Made by a program: the position numbers and the translations under genes
DNA from: Octopus sinensis
Lineage: Eukaryota
Direction of reading: 5' to 3'
Assembly (NCBI RefSeq): GCF_006345805.1
Contig: NC_043025.1
Location: 14,880,001 to 14,944,000, forward strand
DNA: 64,000 bases
Shown here: positions 26,790 to 38,190 of the stretch, piece after piece
Position numbering within the stretch: the first letter of the stretch is position 1
Layout: each line of letters opens with the position of its first letter
The notes under the pieces: generated by a model
What the model was told of the DNA's origin: nothing
Database searches by the model: none
The model's input: only the letters and a program-made list of their open reading frames with translations

Positions 26790-27160
26790 GCATTGTCCAT
26801 GAACCTGCATACACAGAAAACCATGATCTGAAAGAGAATCCGGTGGACATCGAAGGAATCCGATGGTGTGTGCCAAGAGAGAGAAGATTGCGTTGCTATG
26901 GAGATGTGATGAACACAGAGAAGGGGAGCCGTTGTATGAAGAGATGTCTTATGGCCAAAGTAATTGGAAACAGTTGAAGACAAGAGACCAAGAAAGACTC
27001 GGGACACAATGTGGTGGAGGCTGACCTTAAGATGACGCTTCTGATAGAGGGGATGCGAGTGGAACGGGGGTGATGGTGGTGATGGTGACTGGTGGTGTTG
27101 GAGAAGTCCTGAATAGAAAAGACCCTCACCAGAATAGCAAGTAGGCCAACTTCAATGATA
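26790..27160 (+). pseudogene. Degenerate RTE LINE C-terminal fragment
   Basis: IRWCVPRERRLRCYGDVMN..RRQETKKDS; parallels the 18799-19125 peptide. Confidence 0.6.
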
Positions 27161-27213
27161 TCACAAGAATGAATGTAAGGATGTATACTGAGAGGTATAT
27201 CACACACACACAC

Positions 27214-27264
<51 letters not shown>

Positions 27265-27278
27265 TATATACACATATA

Positions 27279-27314
<36 letters not shown>

Positions 27315-27384
27315 TAGATATATATATATATATATACACATATATAGATATATATATATATATATATACATGTATATATATATA

Positions 27385-27560
27385 TGGCACGTAAAAAGCA
27401 CCCACTACACTCACGGAGTGGTTGGCGTTAGGAAGGGCATCCAGCTGTAGAAACATTGCCAAATTAGACTGGAGCCTGGTGCAGCCTTCTGGCTTCCCAG
27501 AACCCCGGTCGAACCGTCCAACCCATGCTAGCATGGAGAACGGACGTTAAACGACGACGA
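27385..27560 (+). mobile_element. RTE 3' end copy
   Basis: gttggcgttaggaagggcatccagc..gttaaacgacgacg. Confidence 0.75.
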
Positions 27561-27872
27561 TATATATATATATATATACACATATATAGATATATATATA
27601 TATATATATATAATATATATATATATACTGTGGCCATGCTGGAGCACCGCCTTTCGTCAAACAAATAAACCCCAGGACTTGTTCTTTGTAAGCCTAGTAC
27701 TTATTCTATCGGTCTCTGTTTCCAGACTGCTAAGTTACAGGGGACGTAAACACACCAACACTGGTTGTCAAGTGATGGTAGGAGGGGACAAAAAACACAC
27801 ATACACACACACACACACATAACAAATGAATGGGTGGCTTATTAGCAATTTGAACCCAAAGCCAAATTTAAT

Positions 27873-28049
27873 AGAGGTCAGAAAAGTGACAGAGGGTAGT
27901 GACCAGCATCAGCTATTGCTAGAAACAACAGTTAAAACAACTCAAAAGCCACAAAAGCACTGAGCTTTTGAGGTTTTTAAGTTGTTTTAACTGTTGTTTC
28001 TAGCAATAGCTGATGCTGGTCACTACCCTCTGTCACTTTTCTGACCTCT
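27873..28049. repeat. Inverted repeat, ~85-bp arms, short spacer
   Basis: agaggtcagaaaagtgacagaggg.. vs ..ccctctgtcacttttctgacctct. Confidence 0.85.
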
Positions 28050-28061
28050 GTTTATATATAC

Positions 28062-28468
28062 TCTTTACTCTTTTTCTCTTTTACTTGTTTCAGTCATTTG
28101 ACTGCGGCCATGCTGGAGCACCGCCTTTAATTGAGCAACTCGACCCTGGCACTTATTCTTTGTAAGTCCAGTACTTATTCTATCGGTCTCTTTTGCCAAA
28201 CCGCTAAGTGACGGGGACATAAACACACCAGCATCGGTTCTCAAGCAATGCTAGGGAGACAAACACAGACACACAAACACACACACATACATATATATAT
28301 ATACCTATATACGACGGGCTTCTTTCAGTTTCCATTTGTCAAATTCACTCATAAGGCTTTGGTCAGCCCGAGGCTATAGTAGAAGACACTTGCCCAAGGT
28401 GCCATGCAGTGGGACTGAACCCGGAACTATGTGGTTGGTAAACAAGCTACTCACCACTCCTGTACCTA
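28062..28468 (-). mobile_element. SINE A
   Basis: Near full-length family A sequence. Confidence 0.85.
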
Positions 28469-28847
28469 TATATATATATATATTTATGTAATGGAGAAAT
28501 AGTACAAAATGGATGATGAGTAAAGCACTGGCACATTTTTGATTACCTGTTGTTAGCTGTAGGTTTACTGCAGGAACTTTGTAGGGGCAGTTAGGGTAAC
28601 AGTATTGATAAAATAAGAGATGGAATGTGTAATAGACTTTATGGAGTACATGTTTCGACCTGTTTTGGGTCTATTCAAGTACCTCAATAAAAAGTCTCAC
28701 AAGAGATTTCCTCAGTCGGCCTGAGTACCGTTATATGTCCATCAAATTCGAGAATTAGTAAAAATCAGAGTAAAAGATTCAAATATGAAGGTTGAAAGAA
28801 ATACAGTCTAGTTTAGAGAAAATGATAGAATCAGCTTTTGCTGATAT

Positions 28848-29342
28848 ACATGGTAGCTAGACCTGGTAGAAATAGCAGCCAAATCTCACTCAAATCACAC
28901 CCTACTCTCTTATGTATGTATATATGTATGTATGAGCCAATGAGGGAGACCTCTACATGGTAGCTAGACCTAGTAGAAATAGCAGCCAAATCTCACTCAA
29001 ACCACACCCTACTCTCTTATTTATGTATATATGTATATATGAGCCAATGAGGGAAACCTCTACATGGTAGCTAGACCTGGTAGAAATAACAGCCAGATCT
29101 CCCTCAAACAACACCCTACTCTCTTATGTATGTATATATGTATGTATGAGCCAATGAGGGAGACCTCTACATAGTAGCTAGACCTGGTAGAAATAACAGC
29201 CAAATCTCCCTCAAACAACACCCTACTCTCTTATGTATGTATATATGTATGTCTGAGCCAATGAGGGTGTCCTCAACACGGTAGCTAGATCTGGTAGAAA
29301 TAGCAGCCAAATCTCCCTCAAATCACACCCTACTCTCTTATA
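28848..29342 (+). repeat. 107-bp tandem repeat, ~4.6 copies
   Basis: Same unit as 50685-53050. Confidence 0.9.
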
Positions 29343-30198
29343 TATTTCAGTTGATGAAAGTATTTGAAAATCCCAGGAGATTCTTGTGGTGGTGGTGTTG
29401 TGATCCGGTGTATAGGGCAATCATTGCTGAGGGGAAGGGCCTGCAGAACTGTCACTGAATACTTAAGGGATTATGTGGAGATACAACCAATCCAGGGAGT
29501 GGGGGGGGGCTGCAATGTTGTGTGAATGTAGTTCCTTGTTTTTGTGTGTTGACTGTGACCTTGAGCATGATAAGAGGGTCTACCATGTTGTTTAACCCTA
29601 GGTCAATACTGATCCACTAGACTTATGATGGCGGCTGTTAAAACTATGATTGTCTTGATTTCAATTCAGCCCTAGTCTACCTTGGACTATATAATTTAAT
29701 GGGTCCTTCCAACTTTAAGACAGCTAAGCAGTGATTTCAGGGAGATTTAGCTGCTATTTCTTGTGAAGTAAGGTACCACATAAAAGTTACTCACCAAATT
29801 TTGATGATGATGATGACAATGGTAAAGATAGCAACAATTACGATGATGATGGTAATGATAGTGGTGGTAGTACTGGGGGTGGTGGTGATGATGGTAATAG
29901 TGACTGATGGTGGTGGTGATGACAATGATGATAGCAGTGATGCTGGTGACAGTGATGATGATGATGATGATGATGGTGAATGTGATGGTTGTGGTGGTTG
30001 TGGTGGCGGTGGTGGTGGTGTTAAGTAGAACACAACGAATCGCCCCCAGAGGCTCTGTGTGAAGGAAGTAAAACAGCAGACTATTTTCTTAGGACACCCA
30101 AGAGAGAGAGAGGAGGGGGGTGCAACGGGGGGGGTCGGGGAGAGGGGGAGAGAGAAGATAACATTTCACTGTTGTCATGTTGACGTGGGTGGTGCATA

Positions 30199-30241
<43 letters not shown>

Positions 30242-30336
30242 GTATGATATAACCTCATATATACATAGATATATTCCCCCCTCACCCCTCTCCACCCCTA
30301 TATGACTCCTTTTTTCCTTTTTCTTTTTGAAGTGTC

Positions 30337-30600
30337 TTGAAGTGCACAGATGAAGCTATAAATAATGCCGTGTAAATATTGAGCTGAGAAAACTATTTTG
30401 GACCAAAAAAACAAATCGGTTTCTAAAATGGATTGAGAAATTCAAAGGATTGCTTTGGTCCGATGGTAGAACATCTGTCATGTTCAAAGAAGATGTAGGT
30501 TTGAGCCTCACTGGTAGCCTCTTTCACTTTCACTCTCCAAATGGTTTTCCAACCCAACATTTCCATGGTTCTATTTATTAGCTTCATGTGTGTGCTTCAA
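30337..30600. mobile_element. Putative MITE with ~28-bp TIRs enclosing a tRNA-like segment
   Basis: ttgaagtgcacagatgaagctataaata vs tatttattagcttcatgtgtgtgcttcaa; A/B-box-like motifs at ~30457-30512. Confidence 0.45.
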
Positions 30601-30651
30601 AATCCACCATTTCCAAAAAAATGATTTTTTTACATTCTTTGAAGAATTTAT

Positions 30652-31074
30652 GGATCTTTTCAGTTTGAACGGCAGTTTTTTCTAGCGGTGTCATATGAAA
30701 TTATCACCCATAATTATGACCCTAGTATCGATTTATTGCATTTCAATCTGTTTTAGGGTCAGGGTTAGGGTTAGGGGTAGGGGGAAGGGTATCTTTTTTT
30801 CTTCAGAAATGTAAATAAACCCAATCTGTTTCTTAAACAAGGGACATATTCATACGGCACGGAATGTTTTCACCTCAATAGACGTCATTGATTGGTTGAA
30901 ATTGCAGACATGGAAGAAAAACAACAACAAATATCTTACAAACTATAGAATTTTCTCAATAAAACCTAGAGAAAAAGATGTTTTATAAACACATTCTACC
31001 AGTATACGAAGTTTAAAAGTGTTTAGTTACGTGGAAATTATTTTAAAAAACTGCCGGTCAAACCGAAAAGATCC
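30652..31074. mobile_element. Non-autonomous DNA transposon, 30-bp TIRs, 8-bp TSD
   Basis: GGATCTTTTCAGTTTGAACGGCAGTTTTTT ... AAAAAACTGCCGGTCAAACCGAAAAGATCC; TSD gaatttat/aaatttat; deleted relative at 42455-42546. Confidence 0.85.
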
Positions 31075-31706
31075 AAATTTATTATAAAAAGGCATAGCTG
31101 TGTGGTCAGGAAGCCCACTTTGCAGCCAGTTGGTTTTGGGTTCAGTCCCACTGTGTGGTACCTTGGGGATACTATACTGTCAGACTAATCAATGCCCTAG
31201 ACATGGAAACTGAAAGGAAGCCTGTTCTACTGGGCTGTCCCTGTGATTCAGATACCAAGTAACCAGCTCCAAAAGATGATCCTCTTCAGCAAGACTGAGA
31301 CGGAAAGTTGGCCTCTTCATCTTGCATAAGCTTGTTTTGCTGCTGGCCTCAAGTGGCCTCTCATTTTGTGTAGGGTCCTTCCCATTTGGGGTGAGGGTCC
31401 CTGGCTATTAATAGGAAGGCATGGAGGTCTGTGTGTGATGCTGGAGTAGAACTCCTTTCACACTGAATGAAGGAGGCTGCATGAAGAGATCGGGGGTGAG
31501 GGGGGTGTTGAGACATCATCATCAACCCCTTGTGGCTGTCATCCGGGATCACTTTCAGTGCCCACAGCAACACAGGATCTGCCTGCCTCGGATCAGCCTG
31601 GTCAGCCATGTCCCCTCTGCTGCCATGTACCTGACAATGGATGTCATGGGTCAACGCTATCATCTTTGATGGGTCGACATAAGCCATGTAAGCACAAACA
31701 CACATA

Positions 31707-32230
31707 TCACCATCACCATCATCATCATCATCTTTTAGCATCTGCTTTTCTTGCTGGCATGGGTTGGTCTGTTTGACTGAAAACTGGTTAACCGGGTGGC
31801 TGCACCAGGTTCCAATCTGATTTGGCATGGTTCCTATGGTTGGATGCCCTTCCTAATGCCAACCACTCCAAGAGTATAGTGGGTGCTTTTTATGCGCCAC
31901 CAACATAGGTTATGCAGCATTAGCATCGGCCCCAACTCTGCCCTCATTTGGCTTGACAGGTCTTCCCAATCACAGTGTATCACCAAAGGGGTCGTTCACT
32001 TGTCACTGCCTCCATGAGGCCCAACATTTGAATGGTGCCTGACTGGCTCCTGTGCCAGTAGCACGTAAAAAGCACCCACTACACTCTTGGAGTGGTTGGT
32101 GTTAGGAAGGGCATCCAACTGTAGAAACACTGCCAGATCAGATTCGAACCTGGTGCAGCCTTCTGGCTTGCCAGTCCTTAGGCAAACTGTCCAACTCATG
32201 CCAACAGGGAAAATGGACGTTAAGTGATGA
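31707..32230. mobile_element. Two RTE 3' ends in opposite orientation
   Basis: Minus copy 31707-32030, plus copy 32040-32230. Confidence 0.7.
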
Positions 32231-32247
32231 TATATATATATATATAT

Positions 32248-32480
32248 AAGGCGGCGAGCTGGCAGAAACGTTAGAGCGCCGGGCAAAATGCTTAGCGGTA
32301 TTTCGTCTGTCGTTACTTTCTGAGTTCAAATTCCACCGAGGTCCACTTTGCCTTTCATCTTCTCGGGCTCGATAAATAAAGTACCAGTTTCGCACTGGGT
32401 CGATGTAATCGACTTAATCCCTTTGTCTGTCCTTGTTTGTCCCCTCTCTATGTTTAGCTCCTTGTGAGTAGTAAAGAAAG
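32248..32480 (+). mobile_element. SINE B, full-length monomer
   Basis: ggcggcgagctggcagaaacgttag..gagttcaaattcc..gtaaagaaa. Confidence 0.85.
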
Positions 32481-32526
32481 ATATATACATATATATATCA
32501 TCATCATCATCATCATCGGACGCTAA

Positions 32527-32558
<32 letters not shown>

Positions 32559-32580
32559 ATATATATATATGTAGACATAT

Positions 32581-32612
<32 letters not shown>

Positions 32613-33002
32613 TTATATATATATGCATATATATATGTATATATTTATGTTGTGTGTGTGATTTCGTGTTTGTCCCCACCACTGCTCAACAGCCAGTGTA
32701 GGTTTGTTTACATCCCTGCAACTTAAGAGTTTGGCAAAAGAGACCAATAAAATAAATACCAGATTTAAAACAAAAAAAAACCCCCATAAATACTAGGGTT
32801 GAGTCGTTCAACTAAAACATTCCGAGGTGATGCTCCAGTATGGCCATAGTTAATAACCGAAATAAATGGGAGATAAAATATAAGATGTTATGCATGTGTG
32901 GTGTGTGTGTGTGTGTGGCCAAGTGTACATAGAGGTGAGTGTATGTGTATATTGGTGAGCATAAAGAGGTGTGTGGGTATATAGAGCTGGGTGTATATAT
33001 AT

Positions 33003-33353
33003 ACTCTTTTACTTGTTTCAGTCATTTGACTGCGGCCATGCTGGAGCACAACCTTTAGTCGAGTAAATCGACCCCGGGACTTATTCTTTGTAAGCCCAGT
33101 ACTTATTCTATCGGTCTCTTTTGCCGAACCGCTAAGTAACGGGGACATAAACACACCAGCATCGGTTGTCAAGCAATGCTAGAGGGACAAACACAGACAC
33201 ACAAACACACACATGCATATATATATACATATATACGACAGGCTTCTTTCAGTTTCCGTCTACCAAATCCACTCACAAGGCATTGGTCGGACCGATGCTA
33301 TAGGAGAAGACACTTGCCCAAGGTCCTACTTACCACACAGCCACTCCTGCGCC
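33003..33353 (-). mobile_element. SINE A with small head deletion
   Basis: Family A sequence. Confidence 0.82.
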
Positions 33354-33381
33354 TATATACATATATATATATATCTATATA

Positions 33382-33413
<32 letters not shown>

Positions 33414-33954
33414 CATATATATATATATACATATACATATATATGCTATCTCTTATTATAAAAGGCAGATTTTATCTGCCTCCCTTTGGGAGTTATACAA
33501 ATCTACAATATAGGATTTCTTCAATTACAATTTACCTAGCATTTTTAAGAGTACAATGCATCGCGTCATGCCAGGTCCAGTTTTCAAAATTTAAACTCCA
33601 ATTAAGCAAAATTTACAGAAAACTCACATTCTGGTGTGTGTGTCAAATGCTTTTCTTAGTCTGGTTTACACCACACGCAAACGCACACACACAGTGGGCA
33701 ACGAATAAAATGAAACTAATTCACTTACTGTAGTGAGTGATTCTTTCACTCTGCTTCCCACTTCCTCTTTCCACACATAGACACGCAAATATATAAATAA
33801 AATTGTAAGCTAACGTGCGTGTGTGTCAGTGTGTGTGTGTGTGTGTGCGCGTGTGTGTGTGTGTGAGGGTGCGTGTGTGTGTGTGTGTGTGCGTGAGTGT
33901 GTGACAGGAAAGTTTTTTACGATGAATATAAGACCTATATCCAAGTAGCAGAAA

Positions 33955-34218
33955 GATAAGACAGTAAGGTGTGATTTGAGGGAGATTTGGCTGCTATTTC
34001 TACCATGTCTAGCTGCCATGTAGGGGTCTCCCTCATAGGCTCATACATATATACATAGATAAGACAGTAAGGTGTGATTTGGGGGAAATTTGGCTGCTAT
34101 TTCTACCAGGTCTAGCTACCATGTAGAGGTCCCCCTCATTGGCTCATATATATATATACATACATAAGACAGTAAGGTGTGATTTGAGGGAGATTTGGCT
34201 GCTGTTTCTACCAGGTCT
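33955..34218 (-). repeat. 107-bp-family tandem repeat, ~2.5 copies, inverted
   Basis: gtgtgatttgagggagatttggctgctatttctacc repeated. Confidence 0.85.
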
Positions 34219-34581
34219 GTTAGGCCTTCTCATGTAAACTCAAGCTTTCTCATGCCTTGAACATAAGACCAAAGCAGAGAATGTATTCTTTTATTCTTCT
34301 GCTTTTTCCAGCCATTGGTCTGTGGCCATGCTGGGGCAATGCCTTGAAGAATTGTAGTTTAATGAATCAACTCCAGTTTTATTTTTGTAAGCATTGTACT
34401 TATTCTATCTGTTTCCTTTGTCAAACACTAGGTGACAGGGATGTAAACAAACCAACATTCGTTGTCAAGCAGTGGTGGAGGACAATCACAAGCACAGACA
34501 CGCACACACACACACATACATGCATACACATATACACACATACATACATACATACATATATATATTGTGTGTATATATATA

Positions 34582-34905
34582 TTGCAGCGTGGAAGGTGTT
34601 TGTAAGCCATTTAAGAAACACACAAAAACCGTTAGATTCACTTCAACATTTAAATTTAATTTGTCAAAATATTTTCGTCGCTTTGAGACCGCGACCTGTT
34701 CACTGACAAAAATATCGTGCTAACAGGTCGCGGTCTCAAAGCGACGAAAATATTTTGACAAATTAAATTTAAATGTTGAAGTGAATCTAACGGTTTTTGT
34801 GTGTTTCTTAAATGGCTTATAAACACCTTCAACGCTGCAACTGTTTTCGTTCCAGCACACGATCTCAGATCAAGTCACTTGCTATGCAAGTACATCTCTG
34901 TAACT
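34582..34905. mobile_element. Penelope-like inverted-repeat element (arms 34582-34700 and 34722-34840) plus extension
   Basis: ~119-bp near-perfect inverted arms, 21-bp spacer, TA-flanked, hammerhead variant. Confidence 0.65.
34660..34710 (-). ncRNA. Minimal type-I hammerhead variant (G3-C8)
   Basis: TTTGTCA-GTGAACA-G-GTCGC-loop-GCGAC-GAAA-ATAT-TT-TGACAAA; 7-bp stem I, 5-bp stem II. Confidence 0.65.
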
Positions 34906-35000
34906 ATATATATATTTATATATATATATATATGTATATTGGTAAAAACAGTAGATAACAAAAGAAAGAAGAGACCTCAATATTATGTAAATAGAGGAAA

Positions 35001-35395
35001 TCTTTATATATAAAAGTGAGGTTGTGTGTCTGTCTCTTACGATTTAGATTCCTAACTACTCCCACATTTTGCGGTGCAGTTTAACCAAAACCGGGTATCT
35101 TATAGTCGTGATTCATATCGAGACCGTCTGGGTATTAGCGCGCGTCTACGATGAGTCTATGATTTAAAAAAAAATTTAGCATCAATTTTTCCCATTGTTA
35201 ATCCATTTTTGACATATATAAGGGAAGTAACTCTCTAAAATTTATTATTAAATCTCAGAACGTAAAAAGCTACAGTAACACCCCTCCCCCTTTGTGGTTA
35301 GCCATATTGAGATGGCTATTATACTTTACATCTCTAAAAATGCTTATATAATTATTTCCCTTACAAACCTGAGCAACGCTGGGCGATACTGCTAG
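35001..35395 (+). mobile_element. Non-autonomous Helitron
   Basis: A|TC start, hairpin cctgagcaacgctggg, CTAG|T end, no TSD. Confidence 0.85.
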
Positions 35396-36321
35396 TGTAT
35401 GTATATTTATTTGCACATCTACTCAAGTTTATATAAAGAAACTTTACAATGGTGGGGTGGTGGTAGTGGCGGTGATGGTGGTGGTGGTAGTGGTGGTGGT
35501 GCAGGTGGGTGTTGGTGCTGCTGCTGATGGTGGTGTTGATGGGGTGTTTCAGGTGCCAGTGTGGTGACTGTAGTGGCAGTAGTTGTGGTAGTGGTAGCAG
35601 TGTTGAGATCACCATCACCACTACCACCACCGTTGCCGTCACCAACATCACCCCACCATCCTCCACCACTACAGTCCCTGCTGTCACCTGCATCTTCCCC
35701 AACCACCACTCCCATCACCACAATCTACTAGAAACAACAGTGAAATCTCCCTTCCATGATGTGGTGCTGAGTATCTTGCCAACAGGATGGTCACAGAAGG
35801 AATGTCTTCGATAATAAGTCAGCATAATTAGGAATGACTTTGGGTTAAACATCATCATCATCACCATCAACGACAACAACTGCTGACCTCAATGTAGTTG
35901 TGCTACAAGCAAGAAATAGCAGCCAAATCTCTCATATCTCAGCAACTGATATAAGGATATAAGCTTACTTTAAATTGATGGAAGGGTCGTGGCTGGAACG
36001 TCTTTGTTCAGTGGTCAGCTGGATCAAGGTTGACTTGGGACTAAACGACAACAACAAACTTATCTGAATGTGGTTGTACCACGTGCAAGAAATAGCAGCC
36101 AAAACTCCCTCATATCACACCACACCAACAAATACAAGTGCAGGATACATGACCTCAGGTCATTAAGAAAGAAATGTCTGACGGTCGTTAATTCTGTTTT
36201 ATCCTGTTTTTACATTTAAGAGTTACATCATCGCTTTTTGAAATGCAATTCATGGTGTCTGATTATATTTTGAGTTTTCTCTTACAAATCAATTTTCGTG
36301 AATTCATGGCCGACTGATTTC

Positions 36322-36622
36322 AAGCGAGGTCATTGCCAGTGCCACTGGACTGGATCCTGTGCAGGTGGCACATAAAAACACCAATTGAGCATGGTATTGC
36401 CAGTACCACCTGACTGGCCCCCGTGCCGGTGGCAATTAAAAAGCATCCACTGCACTCTCGGAGTGGTTGGCGTTAGGAAGGGCATCCAGCTGTAGAAACT
36501 CTGCCAGATCGAGATTGGAGCCTGGTGCAACCATCTGGTTTGCCAGGCCTCAGTTAAAATCGTCCAACCCATGCTAGCATGGAAAGTGGATGTTAAACGA
36601 TGATGATGATGATGATGATGAT
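36322..36622 (+). mobile_element. RTE 3' end inserted in mariner
   Basis: Family tail ending in (GAT)n. Confidence 0.8.
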
Positions 36623-36879
36623 GGATAGATAAAAAATTTGTGTTTTTTATGAATATGAGTTCCATCGTGGAACCAATGCATCCCAGACAGCTTGAAACAT
36701 CAGTTGAGGTGTTTGGTGAAGATGTGAATGAGTGCACTGTGCATCGATGGTTTGAGAAGTCTTAGTCTGTTGAGTTTAATCTTGAAAATAAGCCCCATGG
36801 TAGACCTGAGACCAAGGTGGATAATGATGAGCTGGAAACTGTGGCGGAAGCAGATACATCTTAAACTATATGTGATTTA

Positions 36880-37281
36880 AGGCGGCGAGCTGGCAGAAAC
36901 GTTAGCACACCGGGCGAAATGTGTTGCCGTATTTCGTCTGCCACTACGTTCTGAGTTCAAATTCCGCCGAGGTCGACTTTGCCTTTCATCCTTTCAGGGT
37001 CGATAAATAAAGTACCAGTTACGTACTGGGGTCGATGTAATCGACTTAATCTGTTTGTCTGTCCTTGTTTGTCCCCTCTATGTTTAGCCTCTTGTAGATA
37101 GTAAAGAAATAGGTATTTCGTCTGCCACTACATTTTGAGTTCAAATTCTGCCGAGGTCGACTTTGCCTCTCATCCTTTCAGGGTCGATAAATAAAGTACC
37201 AGTTTCGCACTGGAGTCGATGTAATCGACTTAATCTGTTTGTCTCCTCTGTGTTTAGCCCCTTGTGGGTAGTAAAGAAATA
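36880..37281 (+). mobile_element. SINE B tandem form inserted in mariner
   Basis: 13-bp TSD tatatgtgattta on both sides. Confidence 0.88.
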
Positions 37282-37769
37282 TATATGTGATTTAGCAGCA
37301 AGGTTTGATGTTTTGATTCCAACTGTATTGGACCATCTGAAACAAATCGGCAAGATAAAGAAGCTGGACAAGTGGGGACCACACGAACCGAATGAGCATC
37401 AAATGACACATTGTCTTCAAACTTGTTGTTCATTGTTGTCAGAGCATAAAAGCGAACCATTTTTGCATCATATTGTTGCGTGTGATGAAAAATGGATTCT
37501 TTTTAACAATAGCAAGTGTTCTGTATGGTGGTTGGATAGAGACGAAGTGCCAAAACACAATCCAAAAAAGAATATTCACCAAAAATAGCCAATGGTGTCT
37601 GTTTGGTGGCCCAGTGCTGGTGTCATCCACTACAGCTTCATGAGACCAGGTAAGTCAATTACAGCAGATGTATACATCAACCAATTGGATGAAATGATGA
37701 GTGAACTTGCAATTAAACAACCATCATTGGTCAACAGAGACTGGTCAATCCTCTTGCAAGACAATGCTT

Positions 37770-37987
37770 ACTCTTTTACTCTTTACTCTTTTACTTGTTT
37801 CAGTCATTTAACTGTGGCTATGCTGGAGCACCGCCTTTAGTCGAGCAAATCGACCCTGGGACTTATTCTTTGTAAGCCCAGTACTTATTCTATGAGTCTC
37901 TTTTGCCGAACCGCTAAGTAACAGGGACGTAAACACATCAGCATCTGTTGTCAAGCAATGCTAGGGGGGACAAACACAGACACACAA

Positions 37988-38028
<41 letters not shown>

Positions 38029-38190
38029 CACAACAGGCTTCTTTCAGTTTCCGTCTACCAAATCCACTCACAAGGCATTGGTCAGCCCGAGGCTATAGTA
38101 GAAGACACTTGCCCAAGGTGCCACGCAGTGGGACTGAACCCGGAACCATGTGGTTGGTAAACAAGCTACTTACCACACAGCCACTCCTGC
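37770..38190 (-). mobile_element. SINE A inserted in mariner transposase
   Basis: Splits the QDNA|*PH motif. Confidence 0.88.

Noticed and set aside
28640-28720. Hammerhead-like GGTC-GAAAC-AT-GTA on the minus strand
   Set aside because: No core adjacent to a valid stem I; too degenerate to call
30753-30785. Interstitial telomere
   Set aside because: A few degenerate units inside a TIR element
31270-31690. Possible old LINE coding fragments (also 56740-57130)
   Set aside because: Only vague peptide resemblance; would need a TBLASTX search
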